Shown: positions 9,812 through 24,200, counted from the whole stretch's first letter. The stretch: 63,895 nt of DNA, filler included, from Folioceros fuciformis (GCA_049999805.1; 7 parts of 7 records of this genome joined end to end with filler, not necessarily neighbours in it); one strand, 5' to 3'. The notes: a model not told the origin generated them from the letters alone. Made by a program: numbers and translations.

Positions 9812-12800
9812 ATGGGGGAGGACCGGACGCCCTTGAGACTGAGCACCAGGAAGCCCAGGGCCGGTGCGGGCACGTCTCGGCAGCAACAGCAGCAGCAGCA
9901 ACCGTGTGCTGCGGTCGCAGTTCAGCGGGAAGCGGCAGGGGAGGCGAGTAGCGTGCTAGTGCTCCGGAGCAGGTCGGAGAGCCCGCTCATCATCACAGCT
10001 CCTTGCGGGAAGATCACCACCAGAGGGACAGCGCGCTTCAGCATTCAGCCTCTCTATTTGGCCTTCGGCAGTCAGGATGGCGGACCGGCTGCTCCGCTCA
10101 AGAGAAGCTCTGGCTCGCCCTTGGAGGACGTTGCCAAGCACCTCGTGCAAAGCTCGTTGAAGAAGAAGACGACCAGGAACAACTCATCCGCCCCGGGCCC
10201 CGAGCCTGTCACCCCGATTGCCGCACGGGATTTCTGGACCGCACATCGTGGCAGTACCTCTCGGGATGGCGACGCTAGCCTGGTCAAGCAGGCTGCTACG
10301 GCTTCGCCCTTCGGCAGCCCTGTGCGCTCTCACAAGAACCTTTCCCAGACGCTCGGAACCTGCTTCCAGCCAACCATTCACCTCACCTCGCCGCTGCAAC
10401 AGCACCAGCACAGGTTGCGGACTCCCGTGTCCTCGCGGAAGCTCAAGCTCAGGGCGTCCCGGCAGCTCAAGTTGCGGGACGGTCAGGAGTTGCAGCAAAG
10501 GCTCCATGCGCAGGTACGGCAGGAAGCCGCCATGGAGAAGCAGGAGAGGACGTATCGAGCCTGGCTCAATTTTGTGTTCACGAATTCTGCAGCAGGGAAT
10601 GTGCTGGACCTCGATAGGCTCGCAGTTTCGGGCATTACCGGCGACAAGTTGATGAGTGATGCATGGAGGGATTGTGGGGACAAGCTCGTGATGCCCTCAC
10701 CCGCAAAAATGACAATGGGGTCGCGAAAGATTGTAGCGAAAGATAGGGGCAAGGGGAGGCCAGAAGGTGCATTTGCTACACCAGCACAAGATGCGTATTT
10801 GCAGCCGCTTTGCAGTGTGGAGGAGTTGCACCGCAGGCTTCTTGGAGTAGGTTCGCTGGATCATAGCCAGCAGCAGGAGATTGTATCGACTATGCTGCAT
10901 ATGGCAAAGGTGAGTCACTTAGCGTTGTCTACGTTCTGTCGAGATGGGATTGTCCTTCTTGCTTGAGGAGCGGGGATGTGTGAACCTGCTCCTGGCTTGC
11001 AGCATGTAGACGAAGGGAGGTTAAGGATGAAGCAGGGGTGTGTGCTGGTCAACGATATCGCACTCCGGCGGAAGGCTCTCGATGTCTTGATGGCTTACAA
11101 TGCTGCGTGGCTGAGGATAGGTCTCAGCGTGGTCCTCGGAAACAAAGCCATCGAGACGTTGAGGACAGCAGACGATGCCTACACCGAGGTGTTCCTTGAG
11201 CGACACTTTCTGGGGGACTTATTTCTAGCAAAAGCATATGCAACTAACAAGTCGGTCTCGTTCTCCGCTTCCTGCTCATCTTTGTAACAGCACATCGTCC
11301 CCGTTTGAATATGACCATGCCATGTCGATGCGGACGTTGCAGGGCTATTGAAGGCCTGTACCGGGATGGTTATCATGATTGTCTGGCAAGCCTTATCTTG
11401 AAAAGGTTTCTGCTCTTGGCACTATTCCTGGATAGGATGAAGTGTCACACGGGACTGCAACTAGCTGATGGCATCGATGGACTGGATGGTGGATCCCCGC
11501 CGCTGTTTCGGCCAGGTTGCACTGTGAAATCAAGCCGGCAAGCCATATACGGTGAGGAGCTTTACTCGCCTCTGGTCACGGAATCGCATTGCATGTACCT
11601 CAAAAAAATCTAACGGAAGCCCCTCCCTCAGAGTTCTTCTCAAATTCGATGTTCGGAGAGGGAGACTTCCTTGGGCATCTCAGTACACTTGGCTATCACG
11701 TCTTCCACGTGCAGGTGTGATCAGTGTCAGCATGTGAGAATACAAATTGAGCACTTGATTTGTCATATGGTTTGCTGACATTCTTCTCCTTTCCTGTGAT
11801 CCAGCCCACTCTGTCGGAGTACAGCTTTCATATCAAAGGGCTGGAGGATTTAAGAGATGGAGTGCTGCTTTTCAGATTGGCCCAGCTCCTGTCAAAAGAT
11901 CGCTCCCTTCTCACAGTCAGTCTCGTTTCAAACAACCATGACTTTTGGACGGGGACTGTTTTATGCCTGGGGTTGTATTACAAGCTGTCTTCTTTGTGCA
12001 ATGCAGAAACTGCAACTTCCTTGTCAAACAAGAACTAAGTGCCTCGAGAACTGCGAAGCTGCACTTCAAGTCCTAGCAGAAGCTGGGGTCCCAATTCAAG
12101 ATGAGGAGGAATCCCTCATCCGTGCTGAAGACATTGTTGATGGTGTGAAGAAGAAGATGTTGTCACTTCTTTGGAATATTGTGCTTCATTTGCAGGTTTG
12201 TGAAAACGGATCGACAACAGGAGGTCATGAAGATGTGTGGAATGAGAACGTACTGAATTTCGTTTGTAGTATCCCTTGTCAACCATGTCTCCGTCAGTAT
12301 GTGAGGAACCATGGAACTTAAGACGGATTGCAGATAAAGTGCTGTCTCAACTCTTAGAGCTGTTCATCGTTTTTGCAGATGCCGTCATTCATTACCAGGC
12401 ACAGACTTTGGGAAGAGATTTTGAGAATTGAAAAGCTGAAAGGAGCTGCCACGGTAGACCTAGCAGTTGCAGTTGGCTGTTTCTGAATCCGTTCTCTACG
12501 TGATTTCTGTGATACCTATGGATCCCTTTCTCCTTGTTTGACACTTTGCAGGCGCATCCATTTTCGGAGGGTTTACCATCCACATTACACCTACTGTTGG
12601 CCTGGGTTCAGGTACTGTGCACAGCTGTACTCAAGAACTTCAGCCGTTGCTTTGAAGAATTAGCCTTAGTTGTTACCAGTTCTACCTGCATGCATTTAGC
12701 GTTAACAAACATGCCGGTGAGCTGCAGGCTATTTGTTCAAACTATGGCTACAGTGCTGCCGATTTCAGAACATCATTTACCGATGGGCAGGCTCTTTGCT

Positions 12801-15800
12801 ACTTAGTCAGCTTCTACCTGCCAGAAAAATTTCCCATGCACAATATTCTCAGTGGGGCTTCGTACATGAAGGTAATACCACGTAAGTTTTTCTTGCCAGC
12901 CAGATTCTTCTGTGAAAAACTGTCACGTAAGAATCACCACTTGCAAGTCTGTATTACAGGTAGACGGTGAAGGGAATGAACTTGGTCGTAGCTCTGACTC
13001 AGACTCGGAGGGGAACGGGATTGCACCGGACCCAGAAATTGCTGCCTGGAATTTTCGCCTTCTTAAAGCTGTTTCTTGCAAGTTCAAAAGCGTTCAACAG
13101 GTATTGTGCTGTTGACGTTGCCTGAGACCACAAAGCTGGCTGGACAAGGTCGCACTATGAAGTAACGCCGCACTATGATGCAGAATCGTTTTCTGAAGGA
13201 CCTTTTCGAAGACAGTGGAGGGATTTGTGAGCAGGGAGTCATGATCTATGTCGCTTTCTTATGCTCTGAGCTTCTTTGTCGAGACACACTGGTAATTGAA
13301 TCTCTCACCATTCGATGCTTCAATTGGGCTGTTTGCAATAGGTTTCATCTGTAGGCTGATGTAATATTATCTTGCGAAGAACAAGATTTGCGCGTACGAC
13401 TCGTTCCATTCTTGCACTTGGACTGTAGGTTCATCTTCAAAATCAGGAGGGGACAGTTTTGGACTGGGCCTCGGAGCTAATTGCCCAAAGTTTTTCAGTC
13501 TCAGAAAACTTGGAAAGCCATCCAAATGCTTTGCAGGGTCGAGGTATTTCCTTGCGGTGTTATCTAGAGAAATCTTCGGCAAAACTGGAAAGGCTGCCCT
13601 CGTCACTATCTTGGTACTGACCTGTGGCACTGCTCCGTTATGCAGTTAGTGCAGCAATCAAGATACAAACTTGGTACCGAGCTTCCAGAGAAAGATGTAA
13701 GTACAAGGGGCTCAGGGCTGCAGTGCTGCTCATCCAGAGGACACTCCGAGTCTGGCTGGCCAAACAAGTGCAGACAAGAATGCAAGGTCAAAGAAGCGAT
13801 GAATCTGAACTCATCGCCGTGCAGACTCCTCATGGCCACTTGGACAGAGCGCTGGCTGGTATTCAGGCCTTATTTCGGGGGTGGCGACAGAGACAGAAGT
13901 TCAAATATATTCTCGCGGCAGTGGTGAAGATTCAAAGCACGTGGAGGGCTCGAAAAGCTCGTGCAAACTTTCTTGAAATGAAATCTGCTGCTGTGACAAT
14001 CCAAAGAAGATGGAGGCAATTACGTATCTTCAGAGTACAGAAGAAGCATCAACAGATTGATTCGGCCGCTGTCCGGATACAGGCCTGGTGGCGTGGAATT
14101 CTTGTCAGAACATTTGTTTGTCGTCTTACGGCAGCGACAACTGTCATCGCGAAGAATTATCGGGCTTACGTGAAGAGGAAGATGTACGAAGATGTGAGAG
14201 CAAGTGTTGTGAAACTGCAAGCCCATGTCAAGTCCAGGATTGTGAGGAGGAAATTCTCTGTTTGCAAGACAGCTGCAAGTATAATCCAACGTTGCTATCG
14301 GCGTTGGACTGCCAAACAGAAGCGGGAATCTCGTATTTTGGTGGCCCGTGAACAGGCTGCACGAACCATACAACAAGCTTGGACGTGTTATGTGCGCGGA
14401 AGGAATCGTATCCGCGCTGCTGTGAAAATACAAAGTGCCTACAGGGGTTGGACAAAGAGGAGTTTGTACGGAAAGGCAAGAGCAAGCATTATCAGGCTCC
14501 AGGCACTGCATAGATGCAAAACCTTGCAACTCAGGTTTTCAGAGAGTAAACGAGCTGCACAGAAAATCCAGGCTGCTTTCCGTGCGTATGCTGTTCGCCG
14601 AAATATCAGAGTTTGGCAAAATGCTGCCTTCCTTATACAAACGCATTATCGTAATTATCGGAAGCGCCTTGCGGCGCAGCAGTGTGCAGCAATCAAAATT
14701 CAACGGTGTTGGCGGGGTCATATAGTAAGGACATCTTATCTTGCTGCTAAGGTGGTCCATGAGGAAAACCTTCACTTGAGACATATGTTGCACACCGAGA
14801 GGAAGGCACTGGAGGTTATTGCCGCCACCTTGAAGATGAGGAGACAGAGAGCATGGTTCTTGGCACTTCGGAAGTCCGTTATCTTTGTGCAGAGACGGTG
14901 GAGACTCTATCTGGCAGCTAGAACAGAGGCAGCTGTTCGTGTTCAGAGGTATGTGCGCGGGTGGATCACTCGCCGCTCTTTCAACAGGACCCGGCAGTCG
15001 GTTATCTTCATTCAGGTGCAATTACGACTACCTATGTGTGTGATGTGGCTTACAAAGTATGATGTTCTCAATCGGTGTTTGGTGTATCGTTGATGTGAGG
15101 ACTGGAAAAGATACGAGAGGAACTGCTCCCTGACGCTATTTTTATCTGTTTCCAGGCATTCTGGAGGGGTTGCCAGCAGCGGGAAGGGCATACCGAGTTA
15201 AACTTACGTTGTTCGGAACTACGAAAACGAATGCAGCTGACAGCTCTGAACGTGGAAGACAGCATGAGGCTTGGAAACAGGCTCATGGAAGCCCTTGCTT
15301 CTCTCTTGAGTAAGAAGACAGTTAGTAGCATTCTGAAAACCTGTGAAACCATTGGTGAGTAACAACGTGAACTTTTTGTTTTGTTTGCGTTTAACACGTC
15401 TGCCTCTCTTTCTTTCTTTGTCCAATATTGATATAGTTTGCGGGCGAAACAGATTATGCATCGCAACATTCACTGTTCTGTTGTGAGCGCCTTGTCGAAG
15501 GTGGGGCAATTGCCAAGTTGGTAGAGCTTATTCAGACTACCAACAGGAGCCCCCCGCATGAGCTTGTTTTGAAGCATGCTCTGTCCACCCTTGGAAACAT
15601 TGCCCGTTTTCCTCTGCTTTCCAAATACATTGCAGATGACCTGCATTTCATGAGTGTCATCACCGAACAGCTTCACATGTCCAGGTTTGTCTGGTTGATG
15701 CAACTTCTCGTCCTGGTCATTTACTGGTGGGTAGTCAGAAGGTGGGAAGGTGGTTACATGGTGGCGGTAGTCAAGATGTCCCCGTCTGGATGTCTGCCCC

Positions 15801-16368
15801 GTGCAGAAACAGGGAAGAAGTGTTCCGAAGCGCCTGGCGTGTATTCCAGCTTGTTTGCACAGTTTCTGTTGGTGTCCACGTGCTGGAGAAAACCCCTTCT
15901 GTGTTTCGAAGGCTGCACGTCGTGGCCCAAAACTTGGAGAAGAAGATAGAGGTTGAGAAGAGGTGAGAGAAGATTCTGATCCAAGCAAGCAAGCTAAAGT
16001 GAGAGTGCTTCGTTGTCCATGTGCTTATTATCTATTTGTCGTGATTTATGTCCTGTAGAAACCTGGAGAGACTGCCAGCCACAACTAGGCTCACTGTCAC
16101 CCACGCAGCTGAAAGACGGGTGATCGAGACTGTGTTGCAATTTGAAACGCTGGTTGACTTGATGAAGGAGGTGATAAGGGAGGCTCAAGGAAGGAGAGCG
16201 TGTCAGCAACCTCATGCCCAGATCGTAGCTCAAGGTCAGAGCCAGGGAGGTGTGGGTCAGCATGTGGCGAAAGCTCAGAGTAATCGTTCAGGAAGTGTGG
16301 CGAGTCGACGAAGACAACAGTGTCGGCTTCCCTTTACGGACCGTTCTAACGTAACGGGCGGCAGCTAG
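9812..16368 (+). CDS. ASPM: Abnormal spindle-like (ASP/ASPM) protein: calponin-homology domains, IQ-motif array, ARM-like C-terminus; multi-exon
   Basis: WLNFV motif, YNAAWLRIGL, DLRDGVLLFRLAQLL, EDIVDG...LSLLWNI (CH domain); many IQxxxRG repeats at 13650-15015; NRSPPHELVLKHAL in the C-terminal exons. Confidence 0.9.
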
Positions 16369-17102
16369 TGTGATGTTTGCTTACTGGTGCTTTTGCACCG
16401 ATTGTGTATTATACTACTGTATTTCCACATAAAGGAAGGCAGATCTGCCAAGTATGTTCAACGTCTCTGTCCGCTGGATAGAATCCCATCGGACAACCTG
16501 TAACAAGTAGGTGAGGAGAAACGATGTTACTTACGTAGTACGGACATTCGCTTACATCACAAAACTTTTTTCTCCCTTTTACCAAATATCGTCCTGACTA
16601 TGAAGTGATGGTACATACATACAGTGCTACGTGCGACGTGCGAGAACACAATTTCAAAACACAGATACTACACAATACGCCACCTGTGGTTTCCACCTCG
16701 TGGGGGAAGGACCGTGTGGCAGGAGTTATACAACTAGCATACCCAATAATGCCTGCAGACAAATACACTGCGAACCCGGCCCAGTGTTCCTGAGTTAGGG
16801 ACCCCGAAACTAGTCACTCTGTTAAAACAAGACACTGCAAGATGCCTTCGGACCTTGCTCCAGCGGACTCTATCAGGATATAGATTGTCTTATTTCCAGA
16901 TCTGCTAAACAGATCACACGCTCAATGCATCTTCCATTCCCACCAGTGAAGTAATTAGAGTCAGAAACTGCGAACCTCGCTGGGGGATCAGTTGTCAAAA
17001 GACTACAGTCAGACTCTGTACCTCCATCGCTGTTGTTAGACCATGCGGGTAGTCAACAGAGATAATCCTCCCGCATAAAAAGAATCGAGCCAATCCAACG
17101 TG

Positions 17103-17908
17103 TCAGCAATTCTGACGGACTGTGCAAGCCACAGCCTGCGCCCAATGCCTCAGGCGAGTCTTCACTTGCTGAGGGTGGTCACCTGCACCGCAAGAATCGG
17201 TTCATGTTGAGGCAAGCAGCAGCTTTCAGGACGGGGGGGACCCGGCAGGGCAACCAAAGCACAAAAACACTGGAGCCTAGACACCAAACAAAAGAAGAAA
17301 AACTGTGATGTGCGGATGCTTACCAGGACTGCTGATAGTCCAGGAGTGTTTGGGGGAGTTGGTCAGGCTCCCTCCTGCACGTTCCAGCGTGGAAACAGGC
17401 GAAGAACGCTCGTTGTAGGAGCGGGCAATAGCATAGCACAGCTCCAGCGCGGGCAGAGTGTTGCAAAGCTGAGGGTCTTCACGCTCGTTGCTGAATCCGA
17501 ACCCTAGATCAATGCAGCCCCGGAGCTCGTCGAGATCCTCGTCAGTCAAGCTCCTGGTGCGAGCACGGGAACGGGAGGAGGGGCGAGGCCAGGAGCGGTC
17601 GCCGCAGTCGGAAGCACTGCGACCCACGGTCTTGGCGATCTGCTCCTCTTTCATCAGCTCCATCTCCTCCTGCAGCACCTTCTGGCTTCTGCGCTCCCAG
17701 GCCTCGTCCCGTGAAATGAGGCTGCTAAGCGACTTCTGGCTCCGCAGCCTGCGGTGGCCCCTCCTTCCTTGTCTCCCTGCGGCCGCAACTTCCACCACCG
17801 CCGTCGGGGTCTCCGGCGTCCATCCCGCGTCCGCCTCTACCAGCGTCTGCGGGAGCGAGGGCGAGTCCGTCTGCGGCTCTGCCCCCTCCCCCACCTTGAA
17901 GTCGCTAG
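17103..17908 (-). CDS. DUF1685-family protein; 5' end lost at contig gap
   Basis: RSLTDEDLDELRGCIDLGFGF...LCNTLPALELCYA, intron 17323-17183, then GDHPQQVKTRLRHWAQAVAC and TGA at 17105-17103. Confidence 0.85.
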
Positions 17909-18008
17909 NNNNNNNNNNNNNNNNNNNNNNNNNNNNNNNNNNNNNNNNNNNNTTAATTAATTAANNNNNNNNNNNNNNNNNNNNNNNNNNNNNNNNNNNN
18001 NNNNNNNN
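17909..18008. other. Artificial contig spacer
   Basis: 44 N + TTAATTAATTAA (stops in all six frames) + 44 N. Confidence 0.98.
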
Positions 18009-18331
18009 GTTTAATATAGCAATTGGTCTACACCAATCCAATCCAATATTTGTCAGATGGCAAGGGAGTGCCACCAACAGATGTGGAATGCACATCCGAC
18101 AGACACGAGATCTTGGAGATACTTGACCCCAGGACAGAAGCTAACGTGGATCTATCACTTGTGTTGCCTACAAGACAGGAGGAGTCTCCTCCTCCCATGT
18201 CTTTGGAGAACAACAACAACCGCACCCAAGCAACAAGGAAGAGACCAGTTGATGAGGTGACAACACCGGAGGACGAGGAGGATAATTGCAGCCAGTAGAA
18301 GATCAGAAGGTTCCCTCCCAAGGACACAATT

Positions 18332-19621
18332 GGCGGAGGAGTGTCAAGAGTGGGGTCAGGCCCCACTGTTTAGACTTAGTTTATGTTGGCTTGTGGTGAT
18401 TGGGCCCAAATGGTAGGCCCATTAAGAGTTCTGACACTCGGTCATTTTCTAGGCTAGCTTAGATAAGTGAGCCAAGAGGTTCATTGATTTAGTTGGCTTT
18501 TCATAGTATTGACCTAAAGAAAGAAAGAGCGTGAAGAGAGAGGGGAGATCCTATAAGGCTAGGAGAGTCCCCTAAACTCATTTTGTCATTTGCCACCCTT
18601 TGGTCTTCAGCTCTTACTTCATGAGCTCCAGATGTTTCTTGTTTCAGCTGACTGATGTGGTTGAGACCTCGTCTCCCTTTCTGGTCAGATGTTGCTAAGT
18701 TTCAGCTGTGGATGTGGATGAGGTTGGGGATTGCTGGCTGATGGTGCAAGTGTCCATGGTTGATGAACTTACTATTCCTGCATGCTAGTCTTGCTAGTGT
18801 GTTTCTGGCCATGGACAATTGGTGTCTGGTAGAAGGGAGGGGCAGGTTCTATCATTCTGTGGGGTAGCGTAGGAGAGTTCTGACCCGTGGAGGGGAGAAC
18901 AAAGTAGAGGAGTAGGTGTGGAAGAATAGAGGAGTAGAGGTGAAGGTCGTTGTAGTGTTTAGAGTTACAAGGCACCGAGACTGCTCATGGCTTAGCAAGG
19001 AGCCTGAGGATGTGTTTCATCAAATCTGCCCCAATTGGTGTGTGCTTCTAACGTGGTGCTAGCAAGATCTGAAGGAGGGGGGTTGTAACCTGGTTGTAGC
19101 TTCCTTCTGCAGGTTCTGACCTGTGGGTTCTAGCACATAGAGTGAGGGAGCTATAGGCAGTAACAGCTACAGCAGTTGTGAGTGCGAAGATCTGTCCACA
19201 AGTTGGAAGTGGCGACCTGAACCGTCGGCAGGGTAGGAGTGACAGTCCTAACCTATTTGAAGTTGGCAGGTCTATCGGAAGAGGAGTAGTACCTTTGATC
19301 GGAGGTAGCAAGGTCATAAGTGATTTGGATAGAAGTTGGTTGTGAGACGTGAGAAGTGTGAAGTGGGAGATTGTGCGGTCAAGTTAAAAGTGACCGACTT
19401 GATCTGTCTGCAGCTAGACAAGTCCTAACTAGGGGTCACGTGGTCAGGAGTAGCGGGTCAGCAATGGGGTGGACAAGAGTTGTTGGGTCGGATGTAAGAG
19501 TTTTGGAGTTGTGGAGTAAGGAGAAGTTATCTCATACACTACAGATTGGGAACACCAGCCACTCTTTGGTGGGATCGAAACCCATTCTATACTAACGATA
19601 GTGGAATAGGTGTGGCCACTA
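18332..19621 (+). mobile_element. Polypurine tract plus probable 3' LTR of an LTR retrotransposon
   Basis: Purine-rich GGCGGAGGAG followed by TGTCAAG at 18342. The 3' end (19561-19621) aligns with the repeat at 35594-35652. Confidence 0.5.
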
Positions 19622-19957
19622 TCGAATGGAGCTCAGGGAGTCCCACTCCCCAAGATCTGGCCGATACAATGGATGCTCCCTATACAGAAGAAACCCACAT
19701 TCCCTAACCATTGAGAACATAATATCTTGAACCGCACCATGGGCGGCGATGCGGTGCCCCTCGACAAGACAACATGCCAGATGGGACACTGAGTTGAAAA
19801 TGAACATAATATCCCGAACTGCACTATGGGTGGCAATGCGGTGCTTCTTGACGAGACAACGTGCTAGATGGGACATTGTGTTGACAATAGCAACCCCACA
19901 ATTGCATGTAGAGAGAGAAGAAGCCAAGCGATGGGCCAAAGCTAAGTGAAATCTCAT
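19622..19957 (-). mobile_element. Remnant of a non-LTR retrotransposon C-terminal zinc-knuckle region (CRE/REL-type-like) with an 87-bp tandem duplication
   Basis: FHLALAHRL...CNCG...SHLARC...RIATHSAVRD; duplicated segment at 19715-19797 and 19802-19884. Confidence 0.5.
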
Positions 19958-21242
19958 TGTGGCGGTGAAAGTTGTTGGTGTTAATCAAAACACCTAAATA
20001 CAAGGTTGAGCCAAAAGCCAATAAGCCACTCCTTTACTTGAACAAAAGCGAATACAAGCCCGAAAAGATATGGAGATGGATGAGCATGAAAGAAGAGCTC
20101 TTAGGCTTGGCCATATTGCTTTTCCATGAGGGAGGCCTAGTGAGCCTTAACCCTTCCGTAAAAAAGGAGGTGAAAGAAGGTAGAGTCTTCTCTTGGATGG
20201 ATTGTAAATGTGGCTCTAAGAATGAGAATATTGTGAAAAGCACTTTTGTGTATCAAAGTACGTACATTGAGAAGTTTTGGCTAGGACTTGGCTCATCTTA
20301 TAACCTTACTTCTTCTCTTTTGATTTATAAATGTTACTCTATCTTGTATTTACCTCGAACACACTTAACTTGGAGGAACAATGGTAAGGAAACATATCAC
20401 ATAGGAATGAAGGGAAAGGTAAGTTTCCCTTTCCTCTACACTAGTTAGAACCAAGCCCTTCTTCCTTTTTATCTTGTGGTTGTGGCTGCTCTCCCCTCCT
20501 TTCCTTGAGTCCCCCATTCCCACTTTGCCCTAAGTTTTCTCATTGCTCTTCATGTCTTTCTTGTCACACAATCGTTTGGCGGAGACCAGCTATGTTGGAC
20601 TTAGTAGGTCTATTAAAATCTCTTTTGATTACACATATGGAACGCGTAGGTTGTAGTGTGCGTATCTACGTAATATGTATGTAACAGACCGATCGATACA
20701 TTTTCGAATTTGTCTTTTCCGTATGTTACAACTTCAAACACCTTCCGCCCCTTCTCTCTTCGTCCACTTCTGGCGGCTGGTTTGCCCTGCCAGAGAACTG
20801 GAGATGTCGTCCATTCTGTAAGTAGCAAACATGGCCCTGCTCTCTCGCAGTCACCCAGCTGCTCCCCTCAGCCAAGCTGGCTCATCTTGCTTTGCCACCG
20901 CACCGCTGTAACTCAGCTTGGTTCTTCTCTGCATGGTTCTAGCTCCACTGTCCAGGCCGCTTTCGAATGCATGTTGACGCAGCTGCCTCGTACTTCTCCT
21001 AGCCCTGCCTCCCACAGCCTGTTCTGCTCAATCTGGTCTAGCTTTGTAACTCTCGTGTCCATTGCTTCACCCGAACCCGACACACATTGCTACGTGGCCG
21101 CTGCTCGGGACCACTGCTCCCCAAACCGACTCTCACCACCAGACACATTGTACAGTTGCCTAAATCTGCGCGATTCACTGGCGCGAGGATCGCACCGGAA
21201 CCACGCGGCTGCTAAGGTCTCAGACTTTCAGTCACCAAGGAG

Positions 21243-24200
21243 ATGGTCACTGCAGCGGGGGGCATGCCGCCTTCGCCCCCTCCAAGAACGTCTCAGTTTC
21301 AAGAAAATAAACACCACTCTCCATCTTTAGGCAAAAGGCCTGGTCCATGGCCTCCAAGGATGGAGCCCCTTCCGCCAGACCACTCCCACAATCCTCGAGT
21401 ACTCGGGACATGGGCTCGACGCTCGGGCTTCAAGAGCAACATGTCAGGTGAAATTGCAACCGTTCCCAGTGATATCGAGATTAATGTTGCAGAGACTCCC
21501 AATGGGAATGTGCAGAAGGCACCCAGCGCGGCCCAGGAAGACAACCCACGGAAATCAGAAAACGGCAACGTTCACTCCAATGGAGTAAAAGAAGGTGACA
21601 AGACCAAGACTACCTCTGTTGTGCCCACTGCCAGCCCTGCTCTGGTCTCAGGTGCTGGAAGGAAGTACCCGGAACCGCAGGGAGTGCAGAAGGCAACTGC
21701 TCCTAGTGGGCATGTCAGAGGCGAACCCACAAAAGCCTTCAAAGAGGCTGAGATTGACACCATGTCGCAATCGCAAGATGCAGATGATGCACTGCTGGCC
21801 AAGCATTCACACATGAAGTATGAACTTACAGATACTCCTGGATTTGGTGAGCTCTTGTGCCGCTGCTCGCTGCTTCAAGGTGCCATTTGTCTGATCGATC
21901 TACTTCCTTGGTTGCCTTCAGTAAACTGCTCATTTCGTCCAGACTTTGTTGCCCTGCAAAGTGCCATTTGGGCGGAACGTGATGCTAGTACTTCAGGTTT
22001 TTTCCAACCGGAAATGCATGAATCAATGTATTATGTTGTTCGGCTTGGCCATCGCAGTGCCCCTCATCTTGTATGGCATCCAGCATTATTTCTCGATATC
22101 TGGGTCTCTTGTACTGCTTCCACTGGTCCTTGTCCCGGCCATGGGCGGTGATGATGTAAGTGTTTGAGATCACTTGCTGTCATGCTTACTGGCATCCGTG
22201 GCCAGGCTCGGTTTTCTGCATTTGAGTGAGGGTCTTATGTTGTGGGTGATCTATCTTCCTGCTGCAGGAGGAGACTGCTAGGGTTGTCTCAACAATGCTT
22301 CTTGTGTCCGGCATCTCAACTTTGCTACATTCTTCATTTGGCTCTAGATTGCCTTTAATACAGGGAGCGTCTTTTGCGTACCTAGCCCCTGCGTTGGCCA
22401 TCATCTCTTCGTTTCCGGGTGATAAGGTAAGCTAGCAGTGGACTTCATCTATTTATAAGTAAGTGTCGTCAAGTGGGACATGTTTGCTGTCAATCATGTG
22501 GAATCTCTTGCACGTTGGCTAGGGAGGATTTGTTTTTAGTGCACATTTTCGTAGGCTGTTGCTGAAGTGTTTATTTGTTCTGGAGGTGAGTGTATGTAGG
22601 CATGGTCGGGTTCGTGTGATGACTGGAAAGACTCATGTTTTGGTTTCTTGGTTGTTTGGTAGAGATTCAGACCAATAATGAGAGAACTGCAAGGCGCAGT
22701 TATAATCTCGTCAATCTTCCAAGTTTTCGTGGGTTATAGTGGGCTCATGGCATGGGTGCTTAGGTCAGTGTCAAATCTCCTTCTTTTCATTAATTTTGTA
22801 CTGTCAGAACTGCAGAACTTGAGGTTATTATGGCGGTGGTGCGAGGTGAGACAAAAGCTTAGAAAGTGGTCCTGTGGCTTATTATAAGTCCTGATGTATT
22901 TACGTACCACGTGTTTGACACCTTGTCTGGGAAGTGTCTGATTGCCAAGCGTGCCTCTATTTTTCTCTCTTCCGTTTTGTAGGCCGATTGTGGTGGAATA
23001 GTTGTAGTAATCTCTATTGGTTTGGATGAAGTGTGTGCTGCGAGAAGGATCTCCCTAGACATCTACCATCCAATGCCTTTACTAAGGACGTGAAACTGAA
23101 CATGCTGCTGCTGTGGGAGTTTCAGGGTTATCAATCCTGTGGTTGTGGCTCCTAGTGTTGCTGCAGTTGGCTTGGCGTTTTTCAGCTACGGGTTCCCTGT
23201 TTTGGGCAGCTGTGTAGAAATTGGGATCCCTCAGATTCTGATTGTCGTTATTTTTGCACTGGTATGAGCGATGGGCCCTTTCAATTGAAGTTACTGATTG
23301 ACTCTTAGATTCTTTTGGATATATGTTGATTGTTTCTGCCTGGGCAAGGCTTAGTCAGCAGAGGACATGAGGCTGTGCAGGATGTGTAGTTGATGCTCTT
23401 AATATTTTCCTTGCCAGTACCTGCGGAAGATTTCTATTTTTGGTCATCGAATTTTCCCGATCTATGCGGTATGTATTATAACTTATGCTCATGATCTTCC
23501 TTCTATTCTAGTGATTACTACCCCCTGGAGTAGCAGGAATGTGATAGAGGTGCTGGGTCGACTTGGACTCCCAAAGGAATCAAGATGACAAGGAGAGGTA
23601 GGGGGCGGAGGAGTGTGGAGGGGCGATAGGGAAGGGATGGGGGAATTAGGTTGTTCTTCAGGAGCTTCCAGTTGTGAAATCCAAGTGTACAGGAATGATT
23701 AGTGCACTATCAGCAGAGGACTGCATAATACATATGATTGCATCAGGTCTCTTTTTGAAATCGTCTTTGGATTTACTCCTGAAAGGTGTGTCTGAAGTTC
23801 AGGTTCCTCTAGGTTTGGGGATAACTTGGGCGTATGCTTTTCTTCTTACTGAATCTGGAGCTTACGACTACAAAAGCTGCCCGATGTCAGTTGTTGATAT
23901 GCCTTCACCCGAGTGCCAGAGGCATGCCTTTACAGCAAGACATTGTAGAACAGATGTTTCGAAAGCATTGAAGAAAGCAGATTGGATCAGATTTCCATAT
24001 CCATTCCAGTGGGGCGCTCCAACATTCAGCTTGAAAACGGGTCTGGTCATGATTGCGGCCTCAGTTATCGCGTCAGTTGATTCGGTACGTGTTTGTGGTT
24101 CTACATTTGAGGGATTGGTGGAGTGGGTATTTGCGATGTTCTGGGTTCGTAGGGCAAGAATGCTGATTCTTGTGGAAATGCTGATTCTTGTGGATTTGAA

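Noticed and set aside
17953..17964. TTAATTAATTAA as a biological palindrome or recurring motif
   Set aside because: Always centred in exactly 100-nt N spacers, so it is an assembly linker.
20710..21330. 206-aa ORF overlapping the NAT start
   Set aside because: TTG start, low-complexity Ser/Pro/Leu content; most likely 5' UTR.
24159..24194. 18-bp tandem duplication in a NAT intron
   Set aside because: Ordinary slippage duplication with no functional signal.
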